A stretch of DNA of 59,352 nucleotides, counting the filler. It is 4 parts of 4 records of this genome, joined end to end, with 100 filler letters (N's around TTAATTAATTAA, not from the genome) between each part and the next. Parts side by side here need not be neighbours in the genome. Positions count along the whole stretch, not along the records: positions 1 to 31,168 come from SRR20825006_973; 3 more parts are not named here. One strand, written 5' to 3'. How positions within the stretch are numbered: position 1 is the stretch's first letter; every line of letters starts with the position of its first letter. Below are positions 21,247-30,964 of this stretch, piece by piece. Both the position numbers and the translations under genes were made by a program. The notes beneath the pieces were generated by a model. The model ran no database searches and was not told the origin of the DNA. It saw only the letters and a program-made list of their open reading frames with translations.

Positions 21247-22431
21247 TTATTTGCTACTTCTAGACAATGCTTGGTCGATATCTGAAATTATATCGGCCAC
21301 ATTTTCTAAACCTACTGAGATGCGAATTAGTCCTGGTAATATCCCAACCGTTTCTCTCTCCACTTCTGATAATTTACTATGTGTAGTTGACGCCGGATGA
21401 GTAGCAATACTTCTACTGTCCCCAAGATTCGCTGTTAGAGAAAGCATTTCTAATGTGTTGAGGAATTTTCTTCCCTGCTCAATACCACCTTTCACTTCAA
21501 AAGTAACAATCCCGCCACCTTGGCTCATTTGTTGTTTAGCAAGTTCGTGCTGTGGATGAGATTCTAAATACGGATACTTAACAATTGCCACTTCATTGTG
21601 TTGCTCGAGGAAATGAGCAAGTTCTAGCGCATTGCTGCAATGTCTATCCATTCTTACCGCAAGGGTTTCCAAGCTTTTCGACAAAATCCATCCATTAAAA
21701 GGAGACAACGCAGGACCAGTATGCCGTCCCATAAACATCACTTCCTTAATCAATTCTTCACTTCCTAAAATAGCGCCGCCAATAGTACGACCTTGTCCAT
21801 CAATAAATTTTGTAGCCGAATGAGTCACGATGTCGGCACCCAAAGCGATAGGGTTTTGAAGATATGGAGTTGCAAAGCAGTTATCTACATTCACAATGAT
21901 ATTGTGCGCTTTTGCAATGTCACTAATTTTTCGAATATTGATTAAGTCTAGCGCTGGATTCGAAGGCGTTTCCAAAAAGAACATTTTTGTTTTGGGTGTA
22001 ATTGCTTTTTCCCAACCTTCTTCGTCATCAATATCTACATAAGTATGGCTAATTCCCCACTTAGGTAATAGTTTGGTTAAAATTTGATGCGTGGAACCAA
22101 AAATGGATCTACAAGCAACAATGTGATCTCCTTGTTCAAGAAAAGAAGCAATACTAACAAACATAGCAGCCATCCCTGATGCTGTTGAAATCCCAGCCTC
22201 AGCCCCTTCTAGCAAACATAATTTTTGAACAAACTCATCCGTATTCGGATTGGAATATCTTGAGTAGATATTTCCTTTCACTTCATCCGAAAATAAAGCT
22301 CGTGCATGCTCTGCATCGTCAAAAGTAAAACTTGAGGTTGCATAAATAGGAACAGAATGCTCTTGTTGAGCCGTTCGTTCAGATTGGTGCCTTATAGCTT
22401 TTGTCTCAAATGCTTTGTTCTTCATTGTCAT
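21247..22431 (-). CDS. metZ: PLP-dependent trans-sulfuration enzyme, O-succinylhomoserine sulfhydrylase-like
   Basis: YSRYSNP, ASGMAA, ETPSNP, VDNCF and HSATKFIDGQGR (PLP lysine; GQGR is MetZ-type). Start may be the ATG at 22425. Confidence 0.82.
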   Translation of the reverse strand: MTMKNKAFETKAIRHQSERTAQQEHSVPIYATSSFTFDDAEHARALFSDEVKGNIYSRYSNPNTDEFVQKLCLLEGAEAGISTASGMAAMFVSIASFLEQGDHIVACRSIFGSTHQILTKLLPKWGISHTYVDIDDEEGWEKAITPKTKMFFLETPSNPALDLINIRKISDIAKAHNIIVNVDNCFATPYLQNPIALGADIVTHSATKFIDGQGRTIGGAILGSEELIKEVMFMGRHTGPALSPFNGWILSKSLETLAVRMDRHCSNALELAHFLEQHNEVAIVKYPYLESHPQHELAKQQMSQGGGIVTFEVKGGIEQGRKFLNTLEMLSLTANLGDSRSIATHPASTTHSKLSEVERETVGILPGLIRISVGLENVADIISDIDQALSRSSK

Positions 22432-22840
22432 TAATTTTAAAAGAGGAAGTAATAATTGCTGTTTTCTCTAGCGTTTTAGACACCGAACAATAAGTATTAA
22501 TTGAAAGGTCGATAGCTCTATGTACTTTTTTAATATCTAACTCACCTTTCAGTAGGAATGTAACATGAATGCTTTTAAACAGAGATGGGACCTTCTCATC
22601 GTCTCTAATTCCATCTACTAATACTTCATATTCATCTACTTCTTGGCGTTGCTTTTTCAAAATACTCAGCACATCCATAGAGGCACAACTTCCCAAAGCT
22701 ACTAACAAAAGCTGCATCGGGCGAACTCCTAAATTCTGTCCCCCAATTTTCTCAGAACCATCAACTAACACAACATTTCCTTGGTCGTTGGTTGCTTTAA
22801 GATGAACGGCTTCGTTTACACGTTGAATTTGAATCTGCAT
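22406..22840 (-). CDS. OsmC family protein
   Basis: RPMQLLLVALGSC and TYCSVS cysteine motifs; overlaps the metZ start. Confidence 0.88.
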   Translation of the reverse strand: MQIQIQRVNEAVHLKATNDQGNVVLVDGSEKIGGQNLGVRPMQLLLVALGSCASMDVLSILKKQRQEVDEYEVLVDGIRDDEKVPSLFKSIHVTFLLKGELDIKKVHRAIDLSINTYCSVSKTLEKTAIITSSFKINDNEEQSI

Positions 22841-22960
22841 GGCGTGCTATTATTTTGGATGAAGCCAATAATATAATTGAATGAATGGTATTTATGACTT
22901 TTAAAGTGCAAAAAGAATCATTATTTACTGGAAGCGGTTTTTTACCACCTCATTAAACTC

Positions 22961-23776
22961 ATGATCATGAAATATTTTCTTTCGCTATTAGCTTTCGTTC
23001 TACTCTTCTCAGTTACTATATCTGCTCAGGATTATGCTATTAAACAACTTGAGGAATCCCCTCGACATCACGAATGGGTTACTATAGAATCAAGCGGAAG
23101 AACAATGCATAACTTTGTAGCTTATCCAGAAAGAGCAGATAAAGCGCCTGTTGTAATTGTAATTCATGAAAACAGGGGCTTAAATGATTGGGCTAGAAGT
23201 TTCGCAGACCAACTCGCCGCTCAAGGATTTATCGCCATTGCACCAGATCTTATTTCCAATACAGTTGATGGTGTTGAAAAAACAACCGATTTTGAAAATA
23301 CCGATGCTGCCAGAAGCGCCATCTATGCACTCAACCCAGATAATGTTACCGCAGATTTATTCGCGGTATTAGAGTACTCCAAAACTATTAAAGCAGGAAA
23401 TGGTAAGATTTCTGTTGTTGGCTTTTGCTGGGGAGGCTCGCAATCGTTCCGCTTTGCTACAAATGCTGCTGATAAAATTGAGGCCGCTCTCGTTTTTTAT
23501 GGAACTGGACCAACTACTGAAGAAAACTATTCCAATATAGAAGTTCCCGTCTATGGTTTTTACGGTGGTGCTGACAACAGAGTTAATGCTACCATCGAAG
23601 ATTCTGAGAAAGCAATGTCCAAGTTTAAAAAGAATTACGAATACGAAATTTTTGAAGGTGCAGGTCATGCTTACATGAGACAAGGCGATAACCCAGAACT
23701 TCCCAAAGCTGATCCAAATGTAATAGCGCGAAACTCCTCTTGGGAACGGATAATTTCAATCCTTAGTAAACTGTAG
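22961..23776 (+). CDS. Dienelactone hydrolase family protein, secreted
   Basis: Signal peptide, IHENRGL, GFCWGG nucleophile elbow, GAGHAY. Confidence 0.9.
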   Translation: MIMKYFLSLLAFVLLFSVTISAQDYAIKQLEESPRHHEWVTIESSGRTMHNFVAYPERADKAPVVIVIHENRGLNDWARSFADQLAAQGFIAIAPDLISNTVDGVEKTTDFENTDAARSAIYALNPDNVTADLFAVLEYSKTIKAGNGKISVVGFCWGGSQSFRFATNAADKIEAALVFYGTGPTTEENYSNIEVPVYGFYGGADNRVNATIEDSEKAMSKFKKNYEYEIFEGAGHAYMRQGDNPELPKADPNVIARNSSWERIISILSKL

Positions 23777-23830
23777 TTATTTCGATTACTAATTATAATC
23801 TAAGAGACATATCTTTTTAATTACAATTTT

Positions 23831-23889
23831 ACACTTATTTACAACTAAGAACACTTTTTTACAAAAAAAATACAATGGTAAAAAAGTGT
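23831..23889. promoter_or_regulatory. Direct plus inverted repeat array upstream of the large secreted protein; possible operator
   Basis: ACACTTATTTACAA (23831) and ACACTTTTTTACAA (23851) are direct repeats with a 20-bp period. ACACTTTTTTAC (23851-62) and GTAAAAAAGTGT (23878-89) form a perfect 12-bp inverted repeat. Confidence 0.4.
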
Positions 23890-23948
23890 GAGTATTTTTT
23901 TAAACGCTTCTATTTATTTGGACTTCAACGATTAAAATAAAATATTGT

Positions 23949-24057
23949 ATAGGTGGGTACGTGGTGTCTAAAATTCACAAATTTTAGATGATTGAATAGT
24001 GTTTTCTAACAAATAGAACTCACAACACTCAATTACTCGCTAAGGGTAATCCACTGT
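23949..24057 (+). ncRNA. Candidate structured 5' leader (multi-stem)
   Basis: Pairing by eye: closing stem 23949-60/24046-57; 11-bp hairpin 23965-75/23980-90; bulged hairpin 23991-24033; alternative short hairpin 24032-50. Confidence 0.35.
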
Positions 24058-24103
24058 TTATTATATTTTTACATTAACCATTAATTGATAATTAGGGAGT
24101 TTT

Positions 24104-27100
24104 ATGACTCAACATTTACGAAAATTAATACTGAGCTTTGTAGTAAGCGCTTTTTTTATAGGAGCCTTTACAGTACAAACAAACGCTCAAGAACTGAGAA
24201 AAGTTTGGGAAAGATCTGCCCGAACTGGTGCAGATGAAGCGTTACCAAGTTGGTATACGGTAGGCTTTATAAGAGGTATGGATCTTCATGGTCAGAATCT
24301 TTACGCTGCCGACCGAACTAACAGCCAAGTTAGAGTATTAGATGCAGCTACTGGTGCTGATGTTACTTTAACTACACCTTACGATCTTACTGGAGTTGCT
24401 GGTGGCACCTATCCAATGAACGATTTAGCTTTCTCTGATGATGGCGCTTTATTTCTAGGTAACCTTAGTGTAAACGCTAGTGATACTGCTATCGTTAATC
24501 CTAATCCATTCAGATTATACTGGTGGACATCAGAAGGTGGAACGTATACTGATTCGCTTACCTTCTTTACTTCTGAAGCTCATCGTATTGGAGATAAAAT
24601 CTCTGTAGTAGGCTCACTTGCTGACAATACCGTTGAAGTTTGGATGCCTGCTGCTGGAACAACTCCAGGTGTTATCTATGTTGCAACTACTGCAAACAAC
24701 GGAACTGACTGGAGTATTGAAACAATTACTCTATCTGGAGATCAAACAGTGATTGGAACGAATGCTGATGTAGTACCTTTTGGTATTGGTCGTACTTCTG
24801 ACTTTTATGTTGCTGGTAACTCGTCTGCTCCTGCTCGTTATGATAACACAGGTGCTTTCATTACAGGAAGCCAATTGACTTCAAGCTCTAGAAATGGACT
24901 TGAAATTTTTGAAGCAGATAGCAAAACTTACCTATCAGTTTACACATTTCGTCCAGAAGGTGTAGGTAGTGGATCTAAAACAGGAATGATTTCTATTTTT
25001 GATGTTAGCACTGCTGCTACTCCAACTTTAGCTTTCCAAACTCCTCTTTTAGGCGATGATGCGGATACGTTCAGCTCTATTTATGGAGAAGGAAAAGTTA
25101 TGGTAAATGAAGATGGAACTTTTAATGTTTATGCACTAGATGGCGTAAATGGTTTCGCTGCTTTTACTAATGCTGCTGCGCCTTATTATGGTGCTTCTAC
25201 CAATAATATATTCTTCTCAGAGTATATTGAGGGTTCAGGAAGTAACAAAGCTTTAGAGATATTCAACAATACTGATTCTACAGTAACTCTACAGAATTAC
25301 CAAATTGCACAGTCAAGCAACGGTAGCGAATGGAAATACTTTAATAGCTTAGCAGCAGGCGCAACTATCGCTCCTGGTGGAGTATACACAGCGATTGATG
25401 CCAGTTTTGATACTGAACTTTTCGACTTTGATTTAGCTGACGAAGTATTAAGCTGGCCTCACTACTTGGGCTTTAACGGTGATGATGCTCGCGCTCTTAT
25501 CCATATTGATCCAACAACAAATGATACAACATGGATTGATATCATTGGAGAAGAATTGCTTGATCCAGGTAGTGCTTGGGCAGTTGCTGGAATAGAAAAC
25601 GCCACTGGAGAGCATACGTTAATACGTAAGCCTTCCGTAACTGAAGGTAACTCTACTCCATTAGGCTCATTCGGCACCAACTTTGGTGATAGCGAATGGT
25701 TAGTAAAACCTCAAAATTTTGTTGCTAATCTAAGTAAACCATCTGCTGACTTGTTCGAAGCTTTAGCTGGTGATTATTTTGTACCTCAGCGTGAAGGCGA
25801 TGCGCAAGGCTTTGGTTCTTTAGTTGAAGCATTCTACTCAGTAAGCCAAGGTGGTTTATCAGATGCAACTACACTTTACATTACGGGTGATTTAACAGAA
25901 ACTTCTGGCCTAAAAATTGACCGTGATGATTTAACTGAATCAACGCCTCTTACTATTAAGACTGCAGCTGGTGTTACAGCTACTCTTGATGTTGTTAGTG
26001 GTTCAGGTGGAGATGGTATCTGGATTAATAATGCTGACTATGTAACAATTGATGGTTCTAACACTATCGATGGTGATACTCGTGACTTAACCATCACAAG
26101 TTCTGATGCTTCATTATCTGCCCTTATTTATACATATGCTACAATGAACACAACTATTGCTAACACTAATCTTTACTTTACTGGTGAAAGTGTTACAGTA
26201 TCTGCAATCGTTACTAACGAGTCTGGTCCTACTGGAACAAGTGGTCTTTCTGTAATCAATAACACAATTGGTTCAGAAAATGGCGACTTCCAAAATGGTG
26301 TCGGCCTTTGGGGAACAAGTTCAGCTTACGCATATAACTCTACAGTAATGAATAACAGAATTCATGCTACTTATAGAGGCGTAACTACTTGGTATAGCCA
26401 AGGTAATGAGATCGTTGGTAATACAGTATCTATTGATAGTCCAAGAGCAGACAGATCTAGATATGCAGGTATTTATGCAGCATTAAACTTTGGTGTTACT
26501 AATATTTCAGGCAACGAAATTGTTGGCTTAAAAGTTAACCGTTCTGCTTCAGCTGGTTATGCTGCTGGTATCTTGTTTAATGCTTCGTTAGACACTGTAG
26601 TTGTTGCTAACAACGTTGTTCATGTTGACAACTTTGAAAACGTTGGCGCCGCTACTGGAAACAGTGTTTACGGTATTGCTTTTGATAACGCTGCTGGTAA
26701 TTCTTACAACTCAGTATACAATAACTCAGTGCGTATTGGCACAAGTGAAGAAACTGGAACTCATGCAGCTTTCGGTTCTCACCTTAAAACTAGCACAGCT
26801 CAATTCTGGGACTTGAAGAATAACATCTTTCAAGTTGACCAAGACGCTGCTAATGCAAATGTTATTAACTGGCCTATTGACACTAACGCTAACTTAGATG
26901 CTGATTACAACAATTATGTTGCAAACGGTGCTACTGCTAATGTTGGTTTATATAATGCAACTGCCGCAGTTACTTTAGCAGAATGGCAAACAGCTTCTGA
27001 AGTTGACGATATGTCTACCGATGTAGAAGTATTTTTCGCTTCTGCTACAGATTTAAGCTTAACAGGTTCATCTGATGGTGACGAGAATCTAGCTGGTACT

Positions 27101-27868
27101 CCACTAGAACTAGTAACTACTGATTTCTCAGGAGCTACTAGAAGCCTCACTGCTCCTTATAAAGGTGCATTCGAAGGTTCTATCGCTCTTACAGGTCCAC
27201 TACCTCCAAGCGTTGGTGAGTTTTCTCTTATCGATCCTGCTAACTTCGCAGCTTACGAACTTACTGGCGATTCAGCTACTGTTGTTGATTTCACTTGGGA
27301 AGTTGCAGAATCTGAAGGTGATGTTACTTACATGATTCATTTAGATTCACTTAATGGTGATTTTTCTAAGCCATTATTCAGTACAGAATCTGACAGCAAT
27401 GGTATTAAAACTAGCTCAGCTCCTACTTTCGCCGATTTAGACGATATGTTGGCTGAATTAGGATTTGCTCAAGGTGCAACTGTGGAACTAAAATGGACCG
27501 TTACTGCAACTGTTGGCGATAGCACTCGCTTTGCTAACGAAGCAAATACCATCACTTTAGCAAGATTATTTCTTGTTGGTACAGAAGACGAAATCGAGAA
27601 ACCACAATCGTTCTCTCTTTCTCAAAACTATCCAAATCCATTCAACCCTACATCAAACATCCGCTTTACTTTACCACAAGCAAATAACGTGAGACTTGAT
27701 GTATACAACATTAATGGACAGCTAGTTCAAACTCTAGTTAACACAAGAATGAACGCTGGCGAGCATACTGTACAATTTAATGCTGGTTCACTTGCAAGTG
27801 GTGTTTACATTTACCGTATCATCTCTGGCAATTTTGTTCAAAGCAAGAAAATGACACTTATCAAGTAA
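24104..27868 (+). CDS. Large secreted multidomain protein with T9SS type A C-terminal sorting domain (propeller-like N-terminus, lamin-tail domain, beta-helix, SusE-like domain)
   Basis: Signal peptide; IFFSEYIEGSGSNKALEIFN lamin-tail motif; repeated NN/GN beta-helix turns; SFSLSQNYPNPFNP...LASGVYIYRI...KKMTLIK C-terminus. Confidence 0.82.
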   Translation: MTQHLRKLILSFVVSAFFIGAFTVQTNAQELRKVWERSARTGADEALPSWYTVGFIRGMDLHGQNLYAADRTNSQVRVLDAATGADVTLTTPYDLTGVAGGTYPMNDLAFSDDGALFLGNLSVNASDTAIVNPNPFRLYWWTSEGGTYTDSLTFFTSEAHRIGDKISVVGSLADNTVEVWMPAAGTTPGVIYVATTANNGTDWSIETITLSGDQTVIGTNADVVPFGIGRTSDFYVAGNSSAPARYDNTGAFITGSQLTSSSRNGLEIFEADSKTYLSVYTFRPEGVGSGSKTGMISIFDVSTAATPTLAFQTPLLGDDADTFSSIYGEGKVMVNEDGTFNVYALDGVNGFAAFTNAAAPYYGASTNNIFFSEYIEGSGSNKALEIFNNTDSTVTLQNYQIAQSSNGSEWKYFNSLAAGATIAPGGVYTAIDASFDTELFDFDLADEVLSWPHYLGFNGDDARALIHIDPTTNDTTWIDIIGEELLDPGSAWAVAGIENATGEHTLIRKPSVTEGNSTPLGSFGTNFGDSEWLVKPQNFVANLSKPSADLFEALAGDYFVPQREGDAQGFGSLVEAFYSVSQGGLSDATTLYITGDLTETSGLKIDRDDLTESTPLTIKTAAGVTATLDVVSGSGGDGIWINNADYVTIDGSNTIDGDTRDLTITSSDASLSALIYTYATMNTTIANTNLYFTGESVTVSAIVTNESGPTGTSGLSVINNTIGSENGDFQNGVGLWGTSSAYAYNSTVMNNRIHATYRGVTTWYSQGNEIVGNTVSIDSPRADRSRYAGIYAALNFGVTNISGNEIVGLKVNRSASAGYAAGILFNASLDTVVVANNVVHVDNFENVGAATGNSVYGIAFDNAAGNSYNSVYNNSVRIGTSEETGTHAAFGSHLKTSTAQFWDLKNNIFQVDQDAANANVINWPIDTNANLDADYNNYVANGATANVGLYNATAAVTLAEWQTASEVDDMSTDVEVFFASATDLSLTGSSDGDENLAGTPLELVTTDFSGATRSLTAPYKGAFEGSIALTGPLPPSVGEFSLIDPANFAAYELTGDSATVVDFTWEVAESEGDVTYMIHLDSLNGDFSKPLFSTESDSNGIKTSSAPTFADLDDMLAELGFAQGATVELKWTVTATVGDSTRFANEANTITLARLFLVGTEDEIEKPQSFSLSQNYPNPFNPTSNIRFTLPQANNVRLDVYNINGQLVQTLVNTRMNAGEHTVQFNAGSLASGVYIYRIISGNFVQSKKMTLIK

Positions 27869-27899
27869 GTATCATAAGTACTAATTCTATTTATGTAGG

Positions 27900-27931
27900 A
27901 AGCCCCTTTGTGATGAAGGGGCTTTTTTTTT
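27900..27931 (+). terminator. Rho-independent terminator
   Basis: AAGCCCCTT-loop-AAGGGGCTT followed by a T run just after the stop codon. Confidence 0.88.
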
Positions 27932-28038
27932 GTTCCTAAATTCGCCTACCCCTTCTGACGATTTCTAAAACGAGATTTTCATCCATTTTTTATTTCTTAT
28001 AAGTACTAATTAAGGGTATACTCTCTCAAATAAATTAT

Positions 28039-29214
28039 TTGGGGATGGATACAGCAACAACACTTTCTTCGTGGTATAACACTAATTGGATTATTGACAA
28101 AAAAACCGATTTAATTTGGTTTATTGGTGGCGCCCTTGGTGGCTATATACTCATGTTTATGTACGCCGGTTTAGGCTGGGATATGGTAACTATTTGGTTC
28201 TTCTGGGTCGCTTTTATAGATAGCCCACATTTTTTTGGAACTTATAGCCGTACTTATCTAGACAAGCAAGAATTTAAACAGAGAAAGAAATTACTAATAG
28301 GAAGCTTACTCTGGTTTTTAGCCGGCCCTGCTGCAATACTTATTTCCTACTTGATGCACGAAGGTGGCTCTAGCAGCTACGAAGTGCCTTGGATACTCTT
28401 CACTTCCTTATTTGGACTTTGGGCTTACTGGCATGTAGTTCGACAGCACTACGGCTTTTTGGCGCTTTACAAGAAGAAAAACAAAGAGGTTTTGAAATGG
28501 GATTATTACTTAGATTCTTCTTTGCTGTATACAGGCCTCATGCTTCCATTTCTTGTATTTATTGTCCGATTTCCTGAAACAAACCAATTAATAGCTCCTG
28601 CTTTAGTTGGCGTAGAAAACGCACTTGGCATTTCTATGATTCAGTTAGTTTCGGTAGGTACCATTTCTATTATAGGATTATTGGCTGTTACATTTATAGC
28701 TCGCCAGTTTTACTTAGTTAGAAATGGGAAAGAGGTGAGTTTACCAAAAGCTCTTTTTCTACTTGCAGTTATCCCGCTTCACATTTTTATCTGCTACTCT
28801 GATGCAGTACTATCAGCTGGCCTATTAGGTTTTGGAGCATTTGTTACCATTTTTCACGATTTGCAATATCACGCCATTGTTTGGTTTCATCACAAGAACC
28901 GATACAAAAAAAGTGAGGATCCTAGCAAGTTTGGCTGGTCCGCAAAACTCACTAAGTCGATGCCAAGATATATTATAACCGCTGTGGCTATGGGCATTAT
29001 CTTTAGAGTAATTGGTTGCACATTTGAAGTTCATCCAGGCTGTATCCCCGTAATGATTACAAGCAAAGTTATGATGTTTGCCAATTTTGGGACAGATCGC
29101 TTACTCCAAGCAATGCTTCTAGGCTTTGCCCTACATCACTATTTTCTCGACCAATTTATCTGGCGAACAAGCAAAGACAAAGAACTCGCTAAAGATCTAA
29201 AATTAGATGATTAG
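28039..29214 (+). CDS. Uncharacterised polytopic membrane protein with His motifs
   Basis: About 9-10 hydrophobic segments; DSPHFFGTY, YWHVVRQHYG, FHDLQYH and LHHYFLDQFIW motifs. Start may be the ATG at 28045. Confidence 0.7.
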   Translation: MGMDTATTLSSWYNTNWIIDKKTDLIWFIGGALGGYILMFMYAGLGWDMVTIWFFWVAFIDSPHFFGTYSRTYLDKQEFKQRKKLLIGSLLWFLAGPAAILISYLMHEGGSSSYEVPWILFTSLFGLWAYWHVVRQHYGFLALYKKKNKEVLKWDYYLDSSLLYTGLMLPFLVFIVRFPETNQLIAPALVGVENALGISMIQLVSVGTISIIGLLAVTFIARQFYLVRNGKEVSLPKALFLLAVIPLHIFICYSDAVLSAGLLGFGAFVTIFHDLQYHAIVWFHHKNRYKKSEDPSKFGWSAKLTKSMPRYIITAVAMGIIFRVIGCTFEVHPGCIPVMITSKVMMFANFGTDRLLQAMLLGFALHHYFLDQFIWRTSKDKELAKDLKLDD

Positions 29215-29262
29215 CGAGTTTTAAAGAAACCACTAGAAAATCCGTTCCAGTTCTTGGAAGAA

Positions 29263-29297
29263 CCCCAATCTAACGCAAGCGTCTCGCTAGTGCGTTT
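29263..29297 (-). repeat. REP-like palindromic element
   Basis: Minus strand GCACTAGCGAGACGCTTGCGTTAGATTGGGG forms a hairpin; resembles from memory the GCACAAGCGNGACGCTTGCGC-type extragenic repeats of Bacteroidota. Confidence 0.45.
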
Positions 29298-29364
29298 AGC
29301 AGATACATATTACTCAATACTTTTTCCCAGCCTAACTCTTGTACATTTTTAAAAAAGAAAACAC

Positions 29365-30078
29365 CTATTCATTATCATAAAACCAAGGATTATTGTAAGC
29401 ATCAATAGCACTTAGGGTTAGTTCTCTCTTTTTAAATTCAGGAAGCCAAATACCCCCGGCGAATACAGCTATTCCTATTACAGGACCTACTAAATTAAGT
29501 TCATCTTTGTCTAACTGAGGAGCTAATGTAGTAGCAACAATTGCAACACCAGCAACTGCTCCAAGAACCTGTAGTGTCGTCAATCCATCTCGGTCATTTA
29601 AAAACTTCATACTTACTTCATTATCTGCTAATGCTTTTTTTAGATTTGCTGGACTAGCTTTCTGTAAATCTCCCCCATTCTTTGAAAAATATTGTATTGA
29701 TGAATTTGAAAATCCTCCACCTATAAATACTGATGCCCCACCAGTGCCAGGGACGGAAGTAGGACCTGAAAATCCTGTGACTAGTCTGGAGTATAAATCA
29801 ATATTTCCTTTTTTAATTCTTTCAGCAAAGTCATCGCCATACCCCTTATTAACTCTTAAAAAGTACCCATCGGATATTTGATATGCTCTAACATTTGATA
29901 ATTTGATTTCCGTGGTGTCATTAACTATTAGGCGTCTTCCTTTGAAAAGGTTATTACTTAACTTTACTTTTCCTCGAATGATGGTACTGTCTCGTAATTC
30001 AACGAAATGAAGAAACTGACTTTTTACTGCATTACTTGTTACCAATATTAACGCAATGAACAATATAATTTTTCTCAT
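29365..30078 (-). CDS. Hypothetical exported protein with C-terminal hydrophobic helices
   Basis: 237-aa ORF with a signal peptide and two C-terminal Gly-rich hydrophobic segments. Confidence 0.7.
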   Translation of the reverse strand: MRKIILFIALILVTSNAVKSQFLHFVELRDSTIIRGKVKLSNNLFKGRRLIVNDTTEIKLSNVRAYQISDGYFLRVNKGYGDDFAERIKKGNIDLYSRLVTGFSGPTSVPGTGGASVFIGGGFSNSSIQYFSKNGGDLQKASPANLKKALADNEVSMKFLNDRDGLTTLQVLGAVAGVAIVATTLAPQLDKDELNLVGPVIGIAVFAGGIWLPEFKKRELTLSAIDAYNNPWFYDNE

Positions 30079-30331
30079 TTGATAATAATTTTACGCTTTA
30101 TCCCGATTGGAAAGGAGATTAATTTTCGGGTTAATGTACTATAATTTATGATACTTACAAATCATATGTACTAAGATAATTTCAATAAATTACCCTTAAC
30201 TATTACAGACTAAGCTCACTCGCTATTGGTGTTTTGTTATCACTCTAAAGCCCAAGACTTAAGCTATCTTTAGGTATATTATACTTATTACTTGATGTCT
30301 ATTTACTGATGGCTGTAAAACCGAAATTGAA

Positions 30332-30964
30332 ATGAACATTTTCCCACCAAACGATTCTCAAAAACCTTATTTAGACCTTTTGGATACACTATCTGATTTA
30401 GGTGTTTCCAAAAAATATGAAGCGGGCGAAACAATAGTAATGGAACATTCTAAGGTTCATTCTATCCCCTTTATAAAAAGTGGCAGTGTTAAGGTAATTA
30501 AATCGGATGACGAGTATAAAGAAATAACTCTCTATTACTTAAGCGCTGGCGAAACCTGTGTAATGTCTTTTTTAGCTGGATTGAATAATGACACCAGTAA
30601 AGTAAAGGCCATTGCTGAAGAGCCTTGTGAAATTGTTTTTGTTTCTATTCAAGCCATTTCAAATCAAATAAAAGAACATCCTGAATGGCTTACTTACTTC
30701 TTCCAAATTTATCATAAACGATTTGAAGAACTCCTGAACGTAGTAAATGATATTGCTTTCAAAAAAATGGACGAACGTTTACTAAACCTATTGCAACATC
30801 GCGTTAAACTTGCCAAAACAAACACATTAAACATTACCCACGAACAACTGGCTCAAGAGCTAGGAACCGCACGTGAGGTCGTTTCTCGCCTACTTAAACA
30901 AATGGAACGTAACCAACTGGTAAAACTGGCTAGAAATCAGATTACGCTTTTGAGTATTTCGTAA
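30332..30964 (+). CDS. Crp/Fnr family transcriptional regulator
   Basis: cNMP-binding-like N-terminal domain (YYLSAGETCVMS); HTH ITHEQLAQELGTAREVVSRLLK. Confidence 0.92.
   Translation: MNIFPPNDSQKPYLDLLDTLSDLGVSKKYEAGETIVMEHSKVHSIPFIKSGSVKVIKSDDEYKEITLYYLSAGETCVMSFLAGLNNDTSKVKAIAEEPCEIVFVSIQAISNQIKEHPEWLTYFFQIYHKRFEELLNVVNDIAFKKMDERLLNLLQHRVKLAKTNTLNITHEQLAQELGTAREVVSRLLKQMERNQLVKLARNQITLLSIS

Noticed and set aside
22841..22960. SAM riboswitch upstream of osmC-metZ
   Set aside because: Short AT-rich divergent region with no recognisable SAM-I or SAM-II core.
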